DNA of 64,000 bases, from NCBI RefSeq assembly GCF_009914755.1, contig NC_060941.1, one strand, 5' to 3'. The stretch comes from the human T2T-CHM13v2.0 reference genome, Homo sapiens. The position numbers and the translations under genes are program-made. Below the pieces are notes generated by a model. That model was not told the origin of the DNA and did no database searches. It saw only the letters and a program-made list of their open reading frames with translations. Shown here piece by piece: positions 42,043 to 53,501 of this stretch; the stretch's first letter is position 1, and each line of letters begins with the position of its first letter.

Positions 42043-42859
42043 CAAGGCCCAAGGCACTGGGACCTCACCAGCCTCAGAGCCAGGGAGCCCAGGGTTCATT
42101 TTTGACAAAAAACTGCCACCCACCCCCTCCACTTGGCCCCTGGTGATGCTTTGACCTCTCCGGGGAGCTGGGGCAGGAGGAGGGGTGCTGTGGCCAGAGC
42201 CGCCATCTTCTGTCCTGGGAAGCACTCTGTTAGAGATGGGGGCCCAGAGAGTGGAGTCTCAACTGAGGCTGAATAATTTCAATCAGCCTACAGGCCGCCC
42301 CGATTCCCTTCTCCAACAGGGACCTTTGAGTGCTCAGGAGGGTCTCTGGGGTCTGCCTTTGAGCCTCCGCTTTCTCTCCTCTGGATTCCCCATGCTGACC
42401 TCATCGCCAGGCCTGAGGGTCTCACCCCCCAGGAGCCCCCCTGGGGTCTGGGGCCGCCCCATCCCCAAGCCCCAGAGGTTGGCTGGTGCCTCCACTGCTG
42501 CCGGCTGGCCCTGACTGACAGCTGCCCATGCAAATATTGTCCGTTCCAAGCTCCAGCCGGGGAGGCCGGGTCCCCCTGCCCACCCGCTCCTCCTGGAGCT
42601 CCTCCAGAACCTTGAAGAGATGACTCAATAAATGACGAGCCCAGGGAGGTGCGGGAAAGCCCATAGCACCTCTGAGCTGAGCTGCCTGTCACCGTCACTG
42701 CCACTCTGTGACACCAGCCCCACTCCAGGCTCTGAGGTCCTGGAGGGCTGCTGGAGAGCTGGCAGAGCCCGGGACACCCGGTAGGAGCTGGGCCCCCAGG
42801 CCACCAGGAGCAGGTGGAGGAGCAACAGGCAGATAGATCCATGTGGGGATGGGAGGCAG
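41725..42859 (+). repeat. Direct repeat pair B (117 bp): 41725-41841 and 42743-42859
   Basis: Constant offset of 1018; shared GCTGGAGAGCTGGCAGAGCCC, CAGGCCACCAGGAGCAGGTGGA, ATGTGGGGATGGGAGGCAG. Confidence 0.9.
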
Positions 42860-43132
42860 ACAGATCCATGTGGGGATGGAGGGCTGGTCTTCAGGAGTCT
42901 CCTGGGCACCCCAGAGTCAGGAAACCCCATTCCCAAATGCCAGGCTCCCCAGACTTCCCACCCTAGGCCGGCATGAGGCCTTGGTCCTGAAACCTGTGTC
43001 ATCTCCCAAAGGGTATTTCCAGAAGGCATCTGGCTCCTGCCTGACTGCTCTGCCCTTTGGGAATCTGGAAAACCATTTGTTCTAGTGCCTGACATACATG
43101 CCCTTCCCTTCTTCATGAGCAGACCTGGAGAG

Positions 43133-43370
43133 GCACATGCCACACACATATACTCATGTACATGCACACGCATTCACACACAGATACATGCATGCACAGA
43201 GGGGCACAAGCACACCATGCACACACATGCAGACACAGGTACACATGTACACAGAGGGGCACAAGCACACTATGCACACACAGGCATGCACACACAGGTA
43301 TACACAAGCACACATGTATACATGCACACACACAGGTGCACAGGCGCACACACACACACACACACACACG
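43133..43370. repeat. Degenerate (CA)n tract with internal ~55-bp duplication, ending in pure (CA)n
   Basis: CACAGAGGGGCACAAGCACAC at 43195 and 43250. Confidence 0.9.
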
Positions 43371-44787
43371 TCACCACCAGGGCTCTAAATGCAGCTGCAG
43401 TGACCTTCATGTTGTTGAAAAGAAAACCTCCTTCTGTGCTGCTGGCCAGGGTCCCTGGCAGCTCTCCCTGCTCTGGCCCCTGAGCTCAGGTCCTAACCCT
43501 GCAGGCCCAGTAGGGGCACCGCTAGCGCTGGGTTCTATGTATCCTACTCCCTCTTGCCCAGTCCAACCAGCTCCTCCATGATAGTAAACATGAAGTAAAA
43601 CCCACCCTGTTTTTCATGGAAGGATCAAGGAGGATCTGTAAGCTACTCTTTTCCCTCCTCTCCAAGATCAAATGATGAGCTTCAGCCTCCAGCATATGGC
43701 TCCCAACTCCCAGGTCCATGGCTCTGCTCTCCTGGATCTCTAAACGCTGATCTGGCTCTCCTGGATCTTGAACATTCGCCCTCACGATAGCGGGGCAGCC
43801 AGGCTGCACAGCAGTGGGCTCCTTTCTCTGGGGTCACTCCCCGTCTCCTCTCCCCTCTAGGAAAGCCTGGCCCAGTACCACATAGGTGAAGTCAGGGGCT
43901 GGCTGGGGGTCTCCCCAGGGGCCAGCAGGGGCCGTGCCTACAATCGGACTAGGTCAGGCCTCATCAGTTCCCGAGGGCACTCACCTGCTTTGCTTGGCTT
44001 CTCGGCCATGACCATCACCTGCGTTTCCTCTAGAAGGGAGGAGTGCCCCCGAGCAGGAGCTGAGGGGAGGGATGAAATCTGGAAGTCACTGCCTCAGAAC
44101 TGGTCCATGGCACGGCAGTAAGAGAAAATGAGTTCTGGGTGTGAAATCCCCGAAGCTCAATATTTTGGTCTGTCCATACATGGGGCAGGAAGCTGGGGAA
44201 ATCTCCCTTTTCTCCCTCCTCCCGAAACCATCAGCTTCTTTACAAATTCCCCAGCTCCCAAGATTTTAATTTTACAGTTCACATTTTCTCCCGGCAGAAT
44301 CCCAGGATGACGAGGTAGAAAGTCTGCCCTGATTAACTGTCCCTCTGGCGCTGAGCAGGGCCCGGCGTGATAAATAGCAGGAATAAAACCGAGAGAGGCG
44401 CGCAGCAAGCTGTCGGCAGGTCTGGCCGTAAATCCCAGCTCTGATGGGGCCGAGATGAGCTGGGGGCTTTATGGAGGGGAAGAGAGGCTGCTTGCAGAGC
44501 AGCACCCCGCTCCCCAGCCCCTCCCCAGCCCTCCTGATGCCCATGCAGTGGATATAGTTTAAGTAAGATAGAGCGAAATCGCTCTGTTGTGTCATTGATT
44601 TTTAATAAAAACAGGTAACGTACTGCAAATCTCACTGTGATTTCATCTCTCCTCGCCTTTGCCCAGATGTCCCGTAACCTCCCCTAAAGGCTCCATCCAA
44701 ACAGCAGTGACCATGACTGGTGTCTGGCAGGCGGTGGACTCAGGATTTTGAGAAGTTTCCAGGAGGTCTAGGCTGTTTTCCCTCTTG

Positions 44788-45050
44788 ACATACACACACA
44801 TTCACATACATTTGCGTGAACACATCTGTGCATACAGGCTCACAAGATGTGTATGTCATGCACACACTCAGCTCACACGCACACTGCACACATGTATGTC
44901 CATGCATGTGCAAGCATGATCGCATGTGCACACGTGCCTCTGCACATGCACACACACTCAGTGGCATACACCACACACCGTGCATATGCACATGTGTGCG
45001 TAAGTGCAAGTACATGCATGCACACACACATACATGCACACACACACATA
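44788..45050. repeat. Degenerate (CA)/(RY)n tract
   Basis: Alternating purine-pyrimidine CA/TG/TA sequence. Confidence 0.85.
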
Positions 45051-46529
45051 CCAGACCTTCCTGGGGAGAGGCACAAGCCAACACTGAGCTCTCCTGCTGA
45101 CCCAACTCTACTCTCTGGTGACCCTGAGTCTGTTATGAATAATCCAGAACATTCCAGGAGTAGGAGAAGGCACACATGTGCAGACGGGAAAATAGGAGAG
45201 GCGTCAGAGAAGGAGGACGCAGGAATGGCATCAAGTGGCAGGGGAGGGGAGCGTCCCTGTCAGACTCATGAGGCTGCCCGAGCCTCACACCCGGGCCAGA
45301 GGGCACTTGGGGGGATCTGGGCTGAGCGGCAACGAGGACATGGGCCACCAGCGATAACCAGGCCTCCTCAGGAGGCCTCTGTCACTTTCACCAGCCTTAC
45401 CGAACAGAGATAAAGCCGTGTCTAATTTGCAGCTGAAGCAGGCACACTGTTTACCTGTTATCAGGGTTAATAGCGTCCGTCTGAGCTGCAGAGACAGCGC
45501 TGTCCTGCGGACGGGCCGTGCTTTTCCACGGCATTTCCCATGTCCCAGGGCATTTTTGAAAATGGTGGCTTCCTTTAGGGTCACATTTATTGTCCCCTGT
45601 GACTACAGAGGCAGGTACCATCCTCCCCATCTGATGCACCAGGGGCCCGAGTGACTTGCCTGATCTCCTAGCCAGCTCCCTGCCAGCTGGGGCTCCATTG
45701 GCTATACCTGGGCCGGCCGAAGCCCAGACCAGGGGAGCCGAAGCCGGTGACCACAGGGCAGGGAGCTCCGTGACAGCCTCTGCCGACCTCTCCCACAGCA
45801 GTGCCCTCTTCAGATTTTCCTCATTGGCCGTCCCCACTGGACTTCATTTTTAGCCATGGAATCCACAACTAAATCACCTCTGGACCCTGGACCATGCCCC
45901 TCGCACCCCAACTGTGAGAAAGCCTCACCCGCAAGGTTGACCTTTGCCCTACGGCTCTAGTTCCCCAGCACAACCTCCTGCCATACCCCCCTTCCCCATG
46001 GCCATTAGCCCCTCCCCACCAGAGGAAGGGCCCCCCTGCACCCCCTCATCAGCATCCACACCCCTGCTCCTGACCACGGCCTCCCTTCACCCAGGGTTTG
46101 TCCCTCAGAGGCCTCCTGGTCTTCCCCACACCCCATACGAGGGGACTTGGAGCTCTTTTCAGGCCCAGCCCTCGCACGGTGAGTCGGAACCAGATCAGAG
46201 ACATGCATAGTTGCCGCACAGGCTGGAAATGTCCCGCCAGAGCTGGCTTGGGCCCAGGGGCAGCTTTGCAGGCAGGTCACACACCTGGGGGTGCAGGGAG
46301 AGGATGCCGAGTGGATCAGGACCCCAGGAAAGGGCGTCAGCGGAGGCAACCAGAGACACAGCGGAAGGATTTGTGGAAAGAGAAATCGCCTGGGGCAGGG
46401 TCATCAGGAGAGGGAAATAAACTTGGCCCAGAGATGGGTCCAAGCGTGAGAAGGAGCAGGTGTGACGAGGGTGGGCCAGGCTCTAAGCCAGGGTCCTGGG
46501 CGTGCCTCCTTCCTCCCGGAGCCTCGGCC

Positions 46530-46968
46530 TGCAGGGGCTCAATAGTGGCCCCTAAGATTCATGTCCTCCTGGAACCTGAGAAGGCAACCTTGTTGGAAAC
46601 AGGGTCTTTGCAGATGGAAGTAAGGTGCAGATAGAGATGAGGCCATCCTGGATTAGGGTGGGCCCCAAATCCAAGGCCAGAGAGACAGGAGACACAGAGG
46701 CACACCCAGGGAGGTGGCCACGTGAAGACAGAGCAGAGATTGGAGAGACGCTGCCTTGAGCTGAGGAATCCCAGGGACAGCGGACAGCCCCCAGATCTGG
46801 GAGAGAGGCCAGGGACAGATTTTCCCTCCAAGCCTCTGGAAGGAGTTAGCCCTGCCAATACCTTGATCTTGGACTTCCAACCTCCAGAATGGCAGAGAGT
46901 CCATTTCTGTTGTTTTAAGCCCCCTAGTGTGCGGTCATCAGTTACAGCAACCCCCAGAAAGCAGTGCT
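46530..46968 (+). mobile_element. MLT1C-type MaLR solo LTR
   Basis: TGGAAACAGGGTCTTTGCAGATG, GGATTAGGGTGGGCCCCAAATCCAA, ACCTTGATCTTGGACTTCC..CCTCCAGAA, TTTCTGTTGTTTTAAGCC. Confidence 0.9.
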
Positions 46969-47436
46969 GCGTCCTTGCCTGGGAAATGAGGGTGGAGCCC
47001 CGGCAGACCCCAGGGTGGGTCTTGGGTGGGAACACACACTCGTGGCCCACAGGCCTCGGCCAGCCAGGGCTGACGTGGTGCTGGTTCAGCCCTGGCCCAG
47101 GCAGGTGCTTAGTGAGGCAGGTGAAATCAAGGGTCTCACTGAATCAAAACAGATGGCCGTAGAGAAAGGCAGACCAACAGGTCAGGAGCCCGGGCCCCGC
47201 CTTGACCTTGGAAATCCTCCTCAGGTCCCCTGAGGAGCCACTTACTCTGGGCTCCAGCCCCAAACTTCTCAGGGAAGCTTCCAAGAGCAAAGATGCTCTT
47301 CAAAGGCCCTGGGGTGAAAGGGACGTGTTGGGAGACCTGACCATCCACGGCCCTCTCCTCTGTCCCTGCTGAGCCTGGCCTGGGAGGGAGGGGAACCCCA
47401 TTCGGCCTCCAACCACAGCTGCTGGGGACCACTGGC

Positions 47437-47609
47437 AGAAGAGAGAGGAGGAGGGAGGGGGAGAGAGAGAGAGAGAGAGAGGGAGGGAGGGAGAGAGGGA
47501 GAGAGGGAGGGAGGGAGAGAGGGAGAGAGGGAGAGAGGGAGGGAGAGAGAGGGAGAGAGAGGGAGTGAGGGAGGGAGAGAGAGGGAGGGAGGGAGGGAGG
47601 AAGAGGGGG

Positions 47610-47657
<48 letters not shown>

Positions 47658-47674
47658 CAGAGAGAGAGAGAGAG
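47437..47674. repeat. ~240-bp polypurine (GA/GGGA)n tract
   Basis: Almost exclusively G and A on the + strand, with only one T and one C internally. Confidence 0.97.
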
Positions 47675-48617
47675 ACACCAAGCAGGGCTGGGTGAGTTGG
47701 GTGTCAGGGTAGTAAGGAGCTCACCCTGCAAGGCCCCTTGTGGTGAGAGGCGTATGGCGGTGGCTGCTGTTGCTGGGATTTCATGACAAAATGCAGACAC
47801 AAAGGACAAACCCAGAGGAGGGAGCCACCTAGGACTCTGCTACAATTGTGTGTTTCCACCTAGTACCTGCCGTGGGGGCTGCTGGTGCTCCAACCTCATT
47901 TCCCAGAGAGGACCCTGCACTGCTTCCCTGGGGCTGCCGTAACTATTAATAATTGCCAGAGGAAGCTGCAGGCAGAGCCGGAGGGGCAGACTGGGGTGGG
48001 GGTGAGGAGGGGAGAGAGGGTGAGGGGAGGACACCTCCCAGAAGAACCCCTCCCAGGAGGACAGGACCTGAAGGTTTCTTCTCTCAGCTCCCGGGTAGAA
48101 TCAGGTCCGTGCATGATTCCACTCCTTGCTTCTGGTCTGAAGCTCCCCACAGCCACAATGGAAAATCTGACTGACTTGGCCTTAAAGAGGTCCCAGGCCA
48201 TGAAGCAGCGCCCAGCAGCTCGGCATTGGTCAGAAGCCTCCACCTGCCTGGAGAACCCCTGGAAAACATCCACCTGTGCCATGAGGTCCTCACAGGCCAA
48301 AGGTGCACATGGACGAGACAGTGGTGGCCTCTGCCCCTGTGGACAAAACCGGAGCTCAGCCTCCCATGTCGCCTCCCCAACCAGCCACCTGGGAACCCGA
48401 GGAAGTCAGATCAGCCGAAGGGGCCCAGCGTCCAGTCCAATCCTGGGTGCTGCCAAGTCCCCTCTGCCCCAACAAGCTGCTAGGTGTGTGTCACCAGGCC
48501 TCTGCCACCGGCCTCGCCACGGGGGAGACCAGGCCAAGGCCTTGCCAAACACACACTCACATAAATGCAGTCATGCTTAGACACACACAAATGCACACTC
48601 ACATACACCCTTGCCTC

Positions 48618-48909
48618 TTTTTTTTTTCTTTTGAGACAGTCTTGCTCTGTCGCCCAGGCTGGAGTGCAGTGGCTCGATCTCGGCTCGCTGCAACCTCTGC
48701 CTCCCAGGTTCCAGTGATTCTCCTTGCCTCAGCCTCTTGAGTAGCTGGGATTATAGGCACCTGACACCACTCCCGGCTAATTTTTGTATTTTTAGTAGAG
48801 ATGGGGTTTCACCATGTTGGCCAGGCTGGCCACAAACTCCTGACCTCAGGTGATCCACCCGCCTCGGCCTCCCAAAGTGCTGGGATTACAGGCATGAGCC
48901 ACCGCACCC
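48618..48909 (-). mobile_element. Full-length AluS (Sx-like)
   Basis: Poly(T), GTCTTGCTCTGTCGCCCAGGCTGGAGTGCAGTGG...CTGACCTCAGGTGATCCACCCGCC...GAGCCACCGCACCC. Confidence 0.95.
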
Positions 48910-49926
48910 TCTTGTTCACTGTCTCACATGTGCACACACTCGTTCTCACATGCTCACACTACTTGGGATCGCAGCCTCTTCTCCCTTGTCTAATGACCAC
49001 ACTGTCCCACTGCCTCCCTCGGCCCCCGACCCTTTATTTGCTGAGCCCCAGAGTGACCCTCTGGGATGATGGTGGGAGGGGCAGGCTGCAGAGAACTCAG
49101 AATGCCAACAAGGAGAACAGAAATCCTACAGGGTACCCGTGACTTACTGGGCTATCCCGAGTGCCGTGACACTTCATCTCATGGTGCCTGAGACAGGCAC
49201 TGCCATCCCTCTTCCCATCTCCCAAAGGAGGAAACTGAGGCAGGAAGCAAAGTCAAAGCTCATACCCTGGCAGGCCCTGCTCACAAATGCACACCTGTAT
49301 GTTCAGGGTGGCTACATGGAGGTCAGTGAATCATTAGGGGGACAGAATGTGGGAAGGATACATTGAGAGGGACAAGGAAACCCTGGGGATATGGAGAGAA
49401 AAGAAGGCCAAGGAGGGGGCTGCAGACCGGACACCCACTTCAGGTTTGCCCAGCACCCTCAGGGGTCAGCCAACTTCTGTGACCTCAGCTGGGGGACTGG
49501 GAGCCCCTTGTGGGTTGGGGGCCAGCAAGACCCACCCCTCTTATGGTCTGTGCGTCTGGCTCAGGTCCACTCTCAGGCACCCTGAGCCCAGTGAGGTTGG
49601 AAGCAGCTGGGCATGCATCACCGAAGACCAGCCGGGGGAAGAAACCTGAGCTCACAGAGCAGATGGGCTGAGCAACACCCCATGAAGTCTTGAGCCAGCC
49701 CAAAGCCACATAGGCCGGTGCCTCTGAGCCACAGCTCCAAAGCCCTCTGTGCCTGACCCCAGCCTCCCTCACCAAACCTCTCTCCACCACTTCCTCTGGG
49801 CACCCAAGGCTACCCTGGACTCCTCTCTGTCCCCTGATGTGACCTGGCTTCCAGAGTCTCCCTCAGACACTTCCCGGACTGGCCTTTCACAAGCCCTGGG
49901 TCTAGATTTGTGCCTTATAAGCCCGC

Positions 49927-50004
49927 ATTTGCTCCAAACTAAACTGTGGGCTCTTCTCAACAGCGTGCAGTAGAGAAGAGCCTACAGTTTAGTCTTGAGC
50001 AAAT
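49927..50004. repeat. 78-nt inverted repeat / hairpin (32-nt arms, 14-nt loop)
   Basis: 49927-49958 pairs with 49973-50004 at 29/32 Watson-Crick positions. Confidence 0.92.
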
Positions 50005-50069
50005 ATACATTCAGATATATATATAGTCAGTTATATATATGCAAATATATATATGCAGTTATATATTAT

Positions 50070-50496
50070 ATATTCTTCCAGAATATATAAGGAATTACAA
50101 CTCAATCTAATTCTAGAACGTTTTCATTGCACCAAAAAGAAACCCACACCCATTCACAGTCACTGCCCATCCCCAACCACAGGCAACCACAGATTTTTCT
50201 GTTCTGGACATTTCAGGAAAATGGAGTCACACACTCTGTGGCCTTATGTCTGTGTCTTTCACTGAGCATGACGTCCTCAAGGTTCATGTGTGTTGGAGCC
50301 TGTGTCAGGTTTCATGCTTATTTGTGGCTATATAATATTCCACTGCAGGGACAGACTCCATTTTGTGGACCTTTTCATCAGTCGATAGACATTGAGTTGC
50401 TTCCACATTTTGGCTACTGTGAATGGCGCTGCTGGGAACACGGGTAGGTGTGTTCATGGCAGACATATGCTTTCATTTCTCTTATGTATATTAGGG
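50070..50496 (-). mobile_element. L1MB-type LINE 3' fragment, preceded by a (TA)-rich tract at 50015-50073
   Basis: CCAAAAAGAAACCC, GGCAACCAC, CTTTCACTGAGCATGA, TTGCTTCCACATTTTGGCTACTGTGAAT. Confidence 0.85.
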
Positions 50497-51113
50497 AGCA
50501 CATTTTCTTGTAAGGGGGTCCCACTGCCCAGTGGGAATGTCAGGTGAAGCTCAGGCTGCAGGAGCCAAGGATGAAAAATGAGTTTCTAAATGACAGCGGC
50601 CTGGGTGAGGGCCTTCCACGTGCGGGAGGCACTGCAGGGCTCTGGGGTCTTAGAGGAGGAGACTCGATTCTCTAAGAAACCTCAGCCACAGGCCTCAGGA
50701 CCCGCCTCGATTTCCAGGACTGTCTACCCCAGCCCACAAGCAGAGCAATTTCCAGATCTTCAAGACAAGCCCACTTCCAGGATCATCTCTCCCCACACCC
50801 TCCTCCCCTGTGATTTCCCTTCCTTGCTGTGCCGAGCTCAGAGCCCACAAAAAGCATCTGTCTGCACAGCCTGCTTTCCTGGGGGCAAAGCCGGGGAGGC
50901 AGAAGAGTCCAAGATGGGGCATTCCAAAGCCCACCCCTTCCTCCTCCATGTGCTCCCAGAGTCACAAGAAGCTGCTCGGCTGGGTGTTGCCCTGTTTTAT
51001 TGCTAGAACCTTCTGATTCAGCCGGGGTTTGCAGGACAGTCCCCAAATCACTTGGCCTTGGGAAGGTTTTGCAGAGGGCAGGGGCTCTCTGAGTCTGACT
51101 GGTGGACCTAGGG

Positions 51114-51323
51114 CAGGGGCCCTCCAACCAGGGGTGGGTTTGCCCCTGGGGCCATTTGGTGGTGCCTGCAGACATTTCCAGTTGTCACAGCTGTGGCTGG
51201 GGGTGATGCTGGCACATGGCGAGCGGAACCAGGGATGCTGCTCATCCTACAATGCAAGGAACGGCCTCCACATGAGAGAATGGTCCCCCGACATGTCAAC
51301 AGTGCTGAGGTTTAGAAACCCTG
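51114..51323 (+). mobile_element. MER20 DNA transposon
   Basis: CCAGGGATGCTGCTCATCCTACAATGCA and terminal ATGTCAACAGTGCTGAGGTTTAGAAACCCTG. Confidence 0.9.
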
Positions 51324-51660
51324 CCCTGAAGGGTAGGGGACCTGGGAGGTGACAGCTCCTCTGAGGCTCTGAACTCCTCACCCAGCATGGTCGGTCAAGC
51401 TGAGAGCACGCTGGCCCTAGAGATGGTCAGGAGCCTCCAGGGCCCTGGCGATGCTGCCTCCATCATTCCCATACTCCAAGGACACAGGATTCCACACGTC
51501 CAAAAATTCCAGCAGCTCCTCTCTCTGCTCTAAGCAGGACATGGCTGCCTTTCTCCTCCAGGCAGCAATGCGGCAGACCCCTGGTCAGACCTCAGGGCTG
51601 GGAGGAGAGGAATGATTGTGGTCATGCCTGGGGTCTCACATAAACTCCCTCCACCCCTAT

Positions 51661-52214
51661 TGAGGCAGGAGGTGGAACTTGACTCCAGAGGTGAGGCTCA
51701 GACATCAGACCAAACTGAAGACTAGCCAAGCAAACGGGATGGAAGCAGCTCTCCCTAAGATATGCCCACTAGCGTGCCATGTTAGTGTACCATTGCTATG
51801 GCAACGCTCCTGGGCAGCACCCAGGAGTGACTGCCCATTTCCACGGCAATGACCCATGACCCACAACTCACCACCCTTTTTCTAGAAATTTCTGCATAAC
51901 CTGTCTCTTAATTTGCATGCAATTAAAAGTGGGTATAAATCTGACTGCAAACCTGCCCTGAGCTGCCGCTCTCAGCACACGGCCTATGGGGCAGCCCTGC
52001 TCTGCAGGGGCAGTCACGGAGCTGCACACGGCCCATGGGGCAGCCCTGCTCTGCAGGGGCAGTCACGGAGCTGCCACGTCATCACAGATGTAACACCACG
52101 GCTTCAATAAAGCTGTTTTCTCCTACCATTGGCTTGCTGTTGAATTCTTTCCTGAGAGAAGCCAAGGACTCTCCTGGGCTAAGCCCCAGTTTGGAGTTTG
52201 CCTGCCCTGCAACA
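51661..52214 (+). mobile_element. MER41-family (C/D/E-like) ERV1 solo LTR
   Basis: TG...CA termini; ACCATTGCTATGGCAAC, TTTCTAGAAATTTCTGCATAA, TATAAAT 51934, AATAAA 52106, TTGAATTCTTTCCTG..GAAGCCAAG. Confidence 0.85.
51975..52074. repeat. 49-bp tandem duplication inside the MER41 LTR
   Basis: GCACACGGCCYATGGGGCAGCCCTGCTCTGCAGGGGCAGTCACGGAGCT x2, one mismatch. Confidence 0.95.
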
Positions 52215-52744
52215 CGAGTACCTGAGGCACAGCCAAAGCCTACCTTGGGTGAGGCTGGGGCCCGTGTCAACCTGGGCCTCCCTTCAAATGCCTCCATTCT
52301 GTCTCTTGATATTATCTCAAAACAAGCTTGGACGTGCAGTCCCTGCCTTCCATGTGTGCAGCAAATGTGAATTTGTCGGCAGTAAACATTTCAAACAGAC
52401 CTGAAGTTCTGTAACCCGCTTTCGGCATGCCTCCATTTTTCAGTCGAACTGGAGCTTCTTCTGCCAGTGGATGCAGCCCAGGTCTCTGCCACCTTCTGAG
52501 AGGCCCATGAGCAAATCTCAGGGCTGGAGCTCTGAGCCGCAGGGAAATTAAATGTGCAGCCTCATCCATCCAGCCACCTCACTGCACAAATGGTCCCACA
52601 AACTGCCACTCCCCCTCCACAGATGCCGTGTTTGCTGGCAGAGTGCCGGCTTCATCTGGAAGGTTGTGCCTAACCGAGCAGGCATGACTTGCCTGTGATA
52701 GCCTGTGACCCGTCTGTCTATTGTGTACGGTGATACGGTGCACA

Positions 52745-52860
52745 GTCCCATTTTACAGAAGGACTAACTGAGGCACAGAGAAGTCAAGAAGTTGCCCAAG
52801 ATGCAGCACAGGGAGGGCCAAGGGGCTGAAATTGAAGACTGTGCCCAAGCCTGGGCTTAA
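52745..52860 (-). mobile_element. MIR SINE fragment
   Basis: CCCATTTTACAGAAGGACTAACTGAGGCACAGAGAAGTCAAG..TTGCCCAAG. Confidence 0.8.
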
Positions 52861-53035
52861 AGCACCATCCTCACTCCCTTGCCTTTACCTTGTGGGGATT
52901 TTCTTACAGGCAGTTGGGGAAGGATTTGGAGGGCTCCTTCTCTCTCTGAAGCTTCATGCCATCCATGTGAGCATTGCTCAGCAGAGCAGGCTGTGGGCCG
53001 TGCTGAGGGGCGGCCAGGGTGAGCCCCAAAATGGG

Positions 53036-53414
53036 TGATATGGTTCGGCTCATGTCGCTACCCAAATAGCATGTCAAACTGTAATCCCTAATATTGGGGG
53101 AGGGACCTGGTGGGAGGTGATTGAATCCCAGGGGTAGATTTCCCTCTTGTTGTTCTCATGATAGTGAGTGAGTTTACACAAGACCCAGTTCGTTTGAAAG
53201 TGTGTAGCACCTCCCCCTTCGCTCTCTCTCCTGCTGCCATGTGAAGACGTGCCTGCTTCCCCTTCACCTTCCGCCATGATTGGAAGTTTCCTGAGGCCTC
53301 CCAGCCACGCTTCTGGTACAACCTGTGGAACTGTGAGTCCATTAAACCTCTTTTCTTCATAAATTACCCAGTCTCAGGTAGTTTTTGATAACAGTGTGAG
53401 AACAGACTAATACA
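53036..53414 (+). mobile_element. THE1D/MSTA-type MaLR solo LTR
   Basis: TGATATGGTT start; ATTAAACCTCTTTTCTTCATAAATTACCCAGTCTCAGGT; ACTAATACA end; 5-bp TSD ATGGG/ATGGT. Confidence 0.92.
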
Positions 53415-53501
53415 ATGGTTCAGGAGCCCCCAGAAGAGGGGGTGGGGGTGTGAGAGTCTGGAAAACTGGGCAGAAGACTCTAAACTGAAACCTTTGGACA
53501 C

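Noticed and set aside
47136-47809. Ser/Leu/Pro and Arg/Glu repeat ORFs
   Set aside because: Products of the GA polypurine tract.
53295-53312. PRDM9 13-mer at its usual THE1 position
   Set aside because: The sequence is CCTCCCAGCCAC, one base short and lacking the required T of CCNCCNTNNCCNC.
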